Position numbers and translations under genes: made by a program | The notes under the pieces: generated by a model | What the model was told of the DNA's origin: nothing | The model's database searches: none | The model's input: only the letters and a program-made list of their open reading frames with translations | Shown: in pieces, positions 57,342 through 64,000 of the stretch | How positions within the stretch are numbered: the first letter of the stretch is position 1 | Layout of the letters: every line of letters begins with the position of its first letter | From: Vulcanimicrobiales bacterium | Lineage (GTDB): Bacteria; Vulcanimicrobiota; Vulcanimicrobiia; Vulcanimicrobiales; Vulcanimicrobiaceae | Assembly (NCBI GenBank): GCA_038231455.1 | Contig: JBBRLI010000008.1 | Span: 1 to 64,000, forward strand | Length of the DNA: 64,000 nucleotides | Reading direction: 5' to 3'

Positions 57342-58559
57342 TTCGTTGACGTAGGACGAACCGAATGCGATGCGTTCGGTTGAGGGGGGCGGGACGATGT
57401 CGCCGCGCTCGACCAAATTTGCAAACACCGTGACGACTTTTGGATCGAGCTGCGTCCCGCTCACGCGACTGATTTCGGCCATCGCGCGCTCGACCGACAT
57501 GCCGTCGCGATAGGGTCTGTTCGTCGTCATCGCATCGAACGAATCGGCGACCGCGATGATGCGTGCTCCGATCGGAATTTCATCGAGTGTGAGATGATCG
57601 GGGTATCCGGTTCCGTCGACACGTTCGTGATGGTGCAGCACGCAGGGCACGACGGATTCCATCGAGGGAATCTTTTCGAGGATCGTCGCGCCGATTTTAG
57701 GGTGCGTCCCAATAATGCGCCGTTCGCGCGCGTCGAGCGCCGTCGGCTTGAAGAGGACGATATCGGGAATGCCGATTTTTCCCAAGTCATGAAGCGCCGC
57801 GGCGCTCTCGATCGTTTCGACATCCTCGGAAGGCAGTCTCATCGCGTGCGCGATCATGCGGCTATACTCGGCGACACGGCGCGAGTGGCCCGCGGTATAC
57901 GTGTCGCGTAAATCGATCGTCTCGGCCATCACTTTGAGGGCGCCGAGGAACGTGTTCTGCGCTTCTTTGCGTCGGCGTTCGATCTCGCGCGACGCACCGG
58001 CCGCGAGCGTGACGAGTGCCGCGAAGATCAGTCCGACGACGATGAGCGTGACGAGGTAAACTTGATTGCGCTCTTTGTCATTTTGACGTCGCATCTGATT
58101 GAGCGAGTAGTCGATGGCGAAAACATACGCGGCTTTCCCGCCGCTCACAAACGCTGCATATTGCGTGCGTATGTCAGGTCCGGTTTGGATAATCTCGAAT
58201 TCATCGAGCGTTAAAGCGTGCTTGACGTTCGCGACGTCTGGCCTCGCGATCCGCGGATAGACGGGCGTGCCATCGGCGGAGTAAATCCGAACATCGGAAA
58301 CGAATTCGAAGAGTTTCGCGGACGCGACAGCCTGACCGATTTCGATGATTGCGCCCGCGTCTGCGGGCGATTTGGCAAGACGCGTGAGCGGTCGTCCTGC
58401 CTTCGCGCTAACTTGACTCAAGACCACCGCGGCTTCGTCCGACTCAAGCGCCTTCTGATGCGCCGCTTCCAACGTGAACGCCAGAATGACAGCAGCCACC
58501 ACCGCGACGGCAAACGTCACGAGAGTGAAGCGAGTGAGGAAAGTCAGACGAAGACGCAT
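57324..58559 (-). CDS. Membrane HD-GYP c-di-GMP phosphodiesterase
   Basis: RDTYTAGHS.RV, LHDLGKIG, HHERVDGTGYP, AVADSFDAMT..RPYR. Confidence 0.94.
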   Translation of the reverse strand: MRLRLTFLTRFTLVTFAVAVVAAVILAFTLEAAHQKALESDEAAVVLSQVSAKAGRPLTRLAKSPADAGAIIEIGQAVASAKLFEFVSDVRIYSADGTPVYPRIARPDVANVKHALTLDEFEIIQTGPDIRTQYAAFVSGGKAAYVFAIDYSLNQMRRQNDKERNQVYLVTLIVVGLIFAALVTLAAGASREIERRRKEAQNTFLGALKVMAETIDLRDTYTAGHSRRVAEYSRMIAHAMRLPSEDVETIESAAALHDLGKIGIPDIVLFKPTALDARERRIIGTHPKIGATILEKIPSMESVVPCVLHHHERVDGTGYPDHLTLDEIPIGARIIAVADSFDAMTTNRPYRDGMSVERAMAEISRVSGTQLDPKVVTVFANLVERGDIVPPPSTERIAFGSSYVNELEGLL

Positions 58560-58580
58560 CGTGCTCGGGGGCTTAACGTC

Positions 58581-59114
58581 CTAGGACGTAAAGCCCGACT
58601 TGTATGCGGGACCGTTGCCCAGTGCTTGTGCGAGGAGCGCCACGTGCGTCGTCTCGACACCGAGAATGGAGGCGGCAGCCTGACGGAATGCCGGATCTTT
58701 AAGATCGGGGATCACGGAGAGGTAGGTGCTTGCCGCTTTGCGTTCGACGACCATTGCGAATGCAAGGATGTCGTTGACGCTTGCGAGCGGCGGATACGTG
58801 AGTCTCGCGGTTGCCGTTGAAGGCGTGCCGCCCGCGGCTTTGACAGCGGCGATCAAGGCATCGCGGTGGGCGGTGTGGTCGGCCATGAAGCCGCCCGCGA
58901 TCGCGAGGATGTCTTTTGGGAGAATCCCCGTAGCCGCAGCATCCTGGTACGCTTTAATGCCGGCGCGTTCGAGTTCGATTGCGGCGTTGAGCGTGGCGAT
59001 ATCGCCCGGATCCGCTTTCTCCGCCGCTTCGACGAAGGACGTCATGAGCGGGAGGCCGACAAGCGCGATTGCGGAGCCGGCACCAAGCAGGGCAGAGCGA
59101 GACAAAGTATTCAC
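58581..59114 (-). CDS. Exported ferritin-like domain protein
   Basis: Tat-like SRSALL leader; LN.AI.LE, DHTAH, E..AA..YL, VETTH. Confidence 0.85.
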   Translation of the reverse strand: MNTLSRSALLGAGSAIALVGLPLMTSFVEAAEKADPGDIATLNAAIELERAGIKAYQDAAATGILPKDILAIAGGFMADHTAHRDALIAAVKAAGGTPSTATARLTYPPLASVNDILAFAMVVERKAASTYLSVIPDLKDPAFRQAAASILGVETTHVALLAQALGNGPAYKSGFTS

Positions 59115-59236
59115 AAGCGTTCCTTCGGCATTCGGCCAGAGAAAAACGAGGGGCCCGTTGTTCGACTAACGATGCAACGAACGCTTAAGATGGTCTGCAA
59201 CCGACCTTTACAAGGAAGTTTATAAAATGCTTGGAT

Positions 59237-60319
59237 TTAGATAATTGAGATAGTCTCTTGCGGCTTCGGCTGCTTGGCGACGACGTCTTCAAGCGCTCCT
59301 GCGAGCAGGTCGACGATTGGGGAATCGATCTCTTCTACGCGGCCCGAGTCGGCCAGTTCGACCATACGCGGGTCGATCGGCATCCGCGCCAGGACCGGCG
59401 CCCCGGCAAGCTCGGCGACCTGGTCGGCAAACGAGGGGCCAAAGATGTCGTAGCGCGTCCCAGTATCGGGGGCAATGAAGTACGACATATTTTCCACCAC
59501 GCCGATGATCGGCTTTTTGAGTTGGTGGATCAGATTTGCGGCTTTGCGAACGATCATCGTCGCGAGCTTTTGCGGCATCGTAACCAGGACAATGCCATCG
59601 ACCGAGAGGGATTGCAGCACGGTCAACGGCGCATCCGAGGTGCCGGGCGGCAGATCGATCAGCAGATAGTCATGGTCCGACCAGAGCACCTGTTCGTAGA
59701 ACTGGCGGATAACGCCCGAGAGAATCGGGCCGCGCCAGATCATCGCCGTATCTTCCTGGTCGGTGAGCAGGTTCGAACTGACGACCTCGATTGCCGAGCG
59801 CGTGACGGCCGGAACCATGAGCGGCTTGGGCGGCGAACCGGCCGGGACGCTCTGATCGTTCTCGATGCCAAGCGGGGTTCGCAGGCCGAAGAGGCGCGGA
59901 ATCGAGGGGCCCGTGATGTCTGCATCGAGGATCCCCACGCTCAGATTGCGGCGCCGAAGCCCAACGGCGAGCAGCGCCGTCGTCAGCGACTTCCCGACGC
60001 CGCCTTTTCCCGACATGATCGGGATGACGTGCTTGAAGCGGGCGCGGCGGGCGAAGTCGCCCGGGGCACGGCGAGCCGGTGTCTTATCGGGATTGGAAAT
60101 CGTCGGGACACGGCCGGCGAGCCGCGCTTGGCTGAGCGCCGCAAGGATCGGATCGACGCGCAGGCCGTGGGCGGCTGCACCCTGGGCGATCGTCTCGTAC
60201 TTGTTCACGCCGCAGCCCGCACAGTGCAAACCGAACTCCTCGAGCACGGCCTCCGCGATGGGCAGCGAGGCGACGAGTTCGCGGATATTGGTCTCGGGCG
60301 TAATATCAATTGTCGGCAT
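59237..60319 (-). CDS. Mrp/NBP35 ATPase with N-terminal DUF1858-like domain
   Basis: SGKGGVGKS, DADITGPS, WRGP, DLPPGTSD, VENMS; N-terminus GLHCAGC...ETI.QGA..HGL. Confidence 0.9.
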   Translation of the reverse strand: MPTIDITPETNIRELVASLPIAEAVLEEFGLHCAGCGVNKYETIAQGAAAHGLRVDPILAALSQARLAGRVPTISNPDKTPARRAPGDFARRARFKHVIPIMSGKGGVGKSLTTALLAVGLRRRNLSVGILDADITGPSIPRLFGLRTPLGIENDQSVPAGSPPKPLMVPAVTRSAIEVVSSNLLTDQEDTAMIWRGPILSGVIRQFYEQVLWSDHDYLLIDLPPGTSDAPLTVLQSLSVDGIVLVTMPQKLATMIVRKAANLIHQLKKPIIGVVENMSYFIAPDTGTRYDIFGPSFADQVAELAGAPVLARMPIDPRMVELADSGRVEEIDSPIVDLLAGALEDVVAKQPKPQETISII

Positions 60320-60414
60320 GAAGCGGCGACTACAACCTTTCGGGGACGATTACACTATGATGAGGTCGGCGGGGTGGGCCATCCACCCTCCGCCTCTAAG
60401 AAGAAAGAACGCAG

Positions 60415-60864
60415 ATGGGCGCATTCGCAACGCTGACAATCCCGCTCAACCTCTCCGGCACGGGCGCAGAGTTCCATGCTTGGGAGGCCGCGAACTCGGC
60501 AGCCGGTTCGAAGAATATCATCGCCGATCGGGCGACGAACCAGCTACGACTCGACCATCAGTTCCCCGGCAACATAACCTCGCTCATGGGGCGCTTGGGT
60601 GCAAAATTCGCTCTTCCGCGCTCGATCACGGCTTCGATTCCCGTTCGCAGTCTCGGGATACCGGGAGCGCCTTCGGACGTCTCACATTTGTTGGCCGCAA
60701 TCAATCACGAACCCGGAGTCTCCGGGGCACGGATCGAAGGCGACCGGCTCGTTGCTGAGGTTCCGCCCGTCACTCGTGGCCTGTACGTGATTTTCAATCA
60801 CTTGCTGCACGCCGGTCTGATCGCCCAGGACGTTCCAACACTCGTCGCTCTTCGAGGTCTCTAG
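60415..60864 (+). CDS. Hypothetical protein, possibly tandem Cys-less HMA-like folds
   Basis: 149-aa ORF directly upstream of the desaturase; alternating beta/alpha pattern with ..PGV.. turns. Confidence 0.6.
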   Translation: MGAFATLTIPLNLSGTGAEFHAWEAANSAAGSKNIIADRATNQLRLDHQFPGNITSLMGRLGAKFALPRSITASIPVRSLGIPGAPSDVSHLLAAINHEPGVSGARIEGDRLVAEVPPVTRGLYVIFNHLLHAGLIAQDVPTLVALRGL

Positions 60865-60865
60865 T

Positions 60866-62281
60866 CTGCTCGCAGCATCTCCGCCCCTCAAAAACACCGG
60901 GTCTCACGAAGAGATCCTGATCATTGGCGGAGGACCTGCGGGTCTTGCTGCAGCGAAATACCTCACGGAATCCGGCCGCAAAGTCACGGTCGTCGAGAAA
61001 CGAAATATTCTCGGCGGCAAGCTCTCATCGTGGAAAGATCGCGACGGCGACATCCTCGAGACGGGGCTTCATTCGTTTTTCGGCGGCTACGACACCGTGC
61101 ACGCGCTTCTGCGCGACGTCGGCATCTCGCACCACGTGCTGTGGCAGCCCCACACGCTGACCTACGCGATGCCGCCTGGTTGGAGCGACCGCTGGGAAGG
61201 CGGACCGATTTTTGAGGAGTTCCACTTCACCGACGCTCCCTCGCCATTTAACGGCATCGGCGCGGTGCTGAACGCAAAATACGTGTTCAACACGGTGGAG
61301 AAGCTACTCTTCGCGACGGGTACGTTGCCCGTGCTCGTCGGCGATCATAAGTATGCCGAACGACAAGACGACATCAGCTATTCGACGTGGCATCGCAAAC
61401 GCGGAATGTCCGAACACATGCTGCGCACGTTCTTCGCGCCGATGTCACTCGCTCTCAACTTCACGCACATCGACGACATCTCAGCCGAAGCGATGCTGCG
61501 CGTGATGGCGTACTTTGCCTCATCGAAAGATGCGAGCCGCGCCGGCTTCCTCGACGGCCCGCCCGGTGATCGTCTCATCGAACCGATCGCGGAGTATCTG
61601 CGCAAGCGCGGCGTCACGATCGACACGTCCGTGCCGATTGCCGAGCTGCTTTTCGAAGGCGACCGCTGTGTCGGCGCGCGTACGAGCGATGGCCGCACGT
61701 ACAATGCCGATAGCGTCATCATCGCAACACCCGTGCATAACGCAGCGAAACTCTTGCCCACCGAGATGCTGCGCGATCCGCTCGTGCATGGCGTCGGCAA
61801 GCTGACCTCCTCGCCCGTCATCAACGCACATCTCTGGTTTGATAAGCCGATCTCGCGCTACTCGAACTTGATATTCGGCTGCGGCACGCTCTTGCCGGTC
61901 CACGCGGATCTTGGCCAAGCCTCGCCGGGTTATGAGTGGCCGGGCAAATCGTTCATCGAAATCTGCGTCGCCCCGGCGGATGATTTGATGAAATTGGATG
62001 ACTCGACCATCGTCGAGCGAATCCTCACCGACATGCAGAAGTTCTATCCGCTCGCGCGGGAATCGTTTGTCAAAGCGAAGCTCGTGCGCGTCCCGAAGAG
62101 CGTCTATCGCGCTAGCCCGGGCGCCGAAAAACTGCGCCCCGGAGCGCGCACGCCCGTGCGGAATCTGTTCCTTGCGGGCTGTTACACCAATCACCGGTTC
62201 CCCGCGAGTATCGAGGGCGCCATGCGCAGCGCACGCCACGCCGCAGACGGCGTCTTGGAGTACGCTGGTGCGCGAGCTTAG
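60866..62281 (+). CDS. Pds/Zds (CrtP/CrtQ)-type carotene desaturase; probable CTG start at 60866
   Basis: The frame of the 61097 ORF extends upstream through IIGGGPAGLAAA and GGKLSSWKDRDGDILETGLHSFFGGY; C-terminus NLFLAG.YT...ASIEGA. Confidence 0.85.
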   Translation: MLAASPPLKNTGSHEEILIIGGGPAGLAAAKYLTESGRKVTVVEKRNILGGKLSSWKDRDGDILETGLHSFFGGYDTVHALLRDVGISHHVLWQPHTLTYAMPPGWSDRWEGGPIFEEFHFTDAPSPFNGIGAVLNAKYVFNTVEKLLFATGTLPVLVGDHKYAERQDDISYSTWHRKRGMSEHMLRTFFAPMSLALNFTHIDDISAEAMLRVMAYFASSKDASRAGFLDGPPGDRLIEPIAEYLRKRGVTIDTSVPIAELLFEGDRCVGARTSDGRTYNADSVIIATPVHNAAKLLPTEMLRDPLVHGVGKLTSSPVINAHLWFDKPISRYSNLIFGCGTLLPVHADLGQASPGYEWPGKSFIEICVAPADDLMKLDDSTIVERILTDMQKFYPLARESFVKAKLVRVPKSVYRASPGAEKLRPGARTPVRNLFLAGCYTNHRFPASIEGAMRSARHAADGVLEYAGARA

Positions 62282-63164
62282 CCTCGACGTCCATCAGCCG
62301 GTAGAAATTGTCGAGACGACCGAGCTCGACGATTGCTACCGCATTTGCCGCGATATCGCAAAGACCCACTCCAAGACGTTCTACTTAAGTTCGCTCTTTC
62401 TCGCGCCGGAAAAACGGCGCGCGATTTGGGCGGTCTACGCATTTTGCCGCACGAGCGACGACATCGTGGATCGCATGACCCCCGCAGCCGATCGCCTCGC
62501 GGCGATCGATGCGTGGGAAACGCAACTGCTCGCGAGTTACAACGGCGACACGCGCGACCCGATCTACACGGCGTTCGCTGATGCCGCACAGCGTTTCTCA
62601 ATTCCAATGCAGCCGGCGCTTGCGCTCTTGCGCGGCGCCCGCAAAGACATCACGATCTCGCGCTACGCGACCAACGAAGAACTGCGCGAGTATTGTTACC
62701 TCGTCGCATCGACCGTCGGACTCTTAACCTCGCCGGTGCTAGGCTATCTGCAAGAAGAAGCGCTCGAATACGGCGTCGCGCTCGGACGCGCGATGCAGAT
62801 GACGAACATTTTGCGCGACATCGGCGAAGACGCGCGCATGGGCCGCATCTATCTGCCGCTTGAAGATCTGCACCGCTTCGGCTACAGCGAGTCGAGCATT
62901 TTCGAGAGCGTCATCGACGAGCCGTTCGTCGAACTGATGAAATTCCAAATCGAACGCACGCGTCAGATGTACACGGAAGCCGAGCCCGGTATCGCGATGC
63001 TCGCGCCGGAAAGCCGCTACACGGTCCGACTTGCGCTCACGCTCTATCGCCGAATTTTGAATGCAATCGAAGCGAACAACTACGATGTCTATTCAAAACG
63101 CGCGTACGTGCCGTTCCGCTCGAAAATGCTCGCCGCCATGACGGTCGCATTCTCACGCGCTTAG
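62268..63164 (+). CDS. crtB: Phytoene synthase
   Basis: HSKTFY, VYAFCR.SDDIVD, YCYLVASTVG, MQMTNILRDIGED...GRIYLP. Confidence 0.92.
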   Translation: MRELSLDVHQPVEIVETTELDDCYRICRDIAKTHSKTFYLSSLFLAPEKRRAIWAVYAFCRTSDDIVDRMTPAADRLAAIDAWETQLLASYNGDTRDPIYTAFADAAQRFSIPMQPALALLRGARKDITISRYATNEELREYCYLVASTVGLLTSPVLGYLQEEALEYGVALGRAMQMTNILRDIGEDARMGRIYLPLEDLHRFGYSESSIFESVIDEPFVELMKFQIERTRQMYTEAEPGIAMLAPESRYTVRLALTLYRRILNAIEANNYDVYSKRAYVPFRSKMLAAMTVAFSRA

Positions 63165-63235
63165 GTCCGCGGCGTGCAGCCCTAGCGCTTCTCGTCGTCG
63201 TTTTATTCGCCGGTGGAACGGCCGTTCATGGGGCG

Positions 63236-63847
63236 GTGGCCGCGTCGGATTGCCCGGAAGCAAAAGAGATGCGTGCGACCGGAGATCGGTTATGGCTGGG
63301 TTGCAGGGCGCCGACGATGCTTCGATGGCTGCATCGTCAGCCGCTTGGCCATGCATTCGAACCGAACGTAGCCGATGGTTTCTTTGGATCTCGAAAATCA
63401 CAAAAAACGACAGCAGTCGATTCGCTTCCCGATATAACGCGTGTCCAAGGCAAATCTATTTCGTGGGGACTCGGAAAAGGCGGCCCGGTTCGCTACGATG
63501 TAAATGTCGACCGCGTGCTCGCCATTCTTGCATATGAGACGGGCGATCCGTCTTGGTATCAGCGGGCGGTCGAACGCGTGAGTCGCGACATTCCCGAGCG
63601 CGGCGGTGGGATGAATCTTGCTGCCTACGTTAGCGCTCGAGGGCTTCGGATCGGTTCCTCGGTGGCCCAAGTTGCTCGCGTCTTTGGGCCCGTCAAGTTG
63701 ATCCAACTCGCCGATGGTTTTAAGGCAGCGTATTTTGAGCGCCTAACGATTCCGTGCGCGGGTTGCTCTCCGATTAGCTTTCAATCGGCGTTTGTGTTTC
63801 GAGCCGGATACGTGACCGGAATATCGTACGCCGTGGGCGCGGTGTAG
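63236..63847 (+). CDS. Hypothetical protein (start uncertain)
   Basis: 203-aa ORF; C-terminal RGLRIGSS..QV..VFG motif resembles small exported alpha/beta domains. Confidence 0.4.
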   Translation: MAASDCPEAKEMRATGDRLWLGCRAPTMLRWLHRQPLGHAFEPNVADGFFGSRKSQKTTAVDSLPDITRVQGKSISWGLGKGGPVRYDVNVDRVLAILAYETGDPSWYQRAVERVSRDIPERGGGMNLAAYVSARGLRIGSSVAQVARVFGPVKLIQLADGFKAAYFERLTIPCAGCSPISFQSAFVFRAGYVTGISYAVGAV

Positions 63848-63871
63848 CGCCGTCCTGGTCGAGCCTCACGG

Positions 63872-63908
63872 TTGACGGAAGTGAATTTCGTTATTATAAT
63901 AACGAAAT
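63872..63908 (+). promoter_or_regulatory. Sigma70-type promoter overlapped by a perfect 24-bp palindrome
   Basis: TTGACG (63872-77), 17-bp spacer, TATAAT (63895-900); ATTTCGTTATTA-TAATAACGAAAT (63885-63908). Confidence 0.85.
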
Positions 63909-63935
63909 CGCTCGACTTACCACATTGAGGGCACC

Positions 63936-64000
63936 ATGGGCACATTTGTCATCCATGCGCACGGTCGGTTACAGGAGTGGGTCGCCAAGGTAAAGGGCTA
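63936..64000 (+). CDS. 5' end of a gene running off the window
   Basis: GAGG RBS then ATG, MGTFVIHAHGRLQEWVAKVKG, downstream of the promoter. Confidence 0.55.
   Translation, partial: MGTFVIHAHGRLQEWVAKVKG

Noticed and set aside
59186-59226. Loose TT(A/G)TAAA-like repeats upstream of the ferritin-like gene
   Set aside because: Irregular spacing and poor identity

Overview
High-GC bacterial chromosome segment. The gene repertoire (many secreted hydrolases, SpoIIE/GGDEF sensors, Pds-type desaturase) suggests a soil organism such as Eremiobacterota, but this is inference only. Bases 1-1814 are the right end of an element integrated in tRNA-Thr(CGT). It carries an AT-rich TnpB followed by a run of hairpins, a small frameshifted gene, and a compact minus-strand non-coding unit. 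That unit has a non-canonical tRNA-like cloverleaf (Ala-type G3.U70/A73 acceptor, GTC anticodon), a downstream segment complementary to it and a terminator; it is the best candidate for an undescribed system. The rest of the window is host genes: a STAND-LuxR regulator divergent from two paralogous Thr/Pro-rich lipoproteins, two paralogous S9 peptidases, gltA, three c-di-GMP enzymes, a partner-switching cluster, a PtxD-like dehydrogenase and an orphan double PhnE, and a Crp-folP(divergent)-folK/mptA fusion-GH1-like-GT operon. Further on are a deleted multicopper oxidase, an Mrp lacking its CxxC, and crtP/Q-like plus crtB genes. All family calls come from motif recognition by eye; no searches were run.
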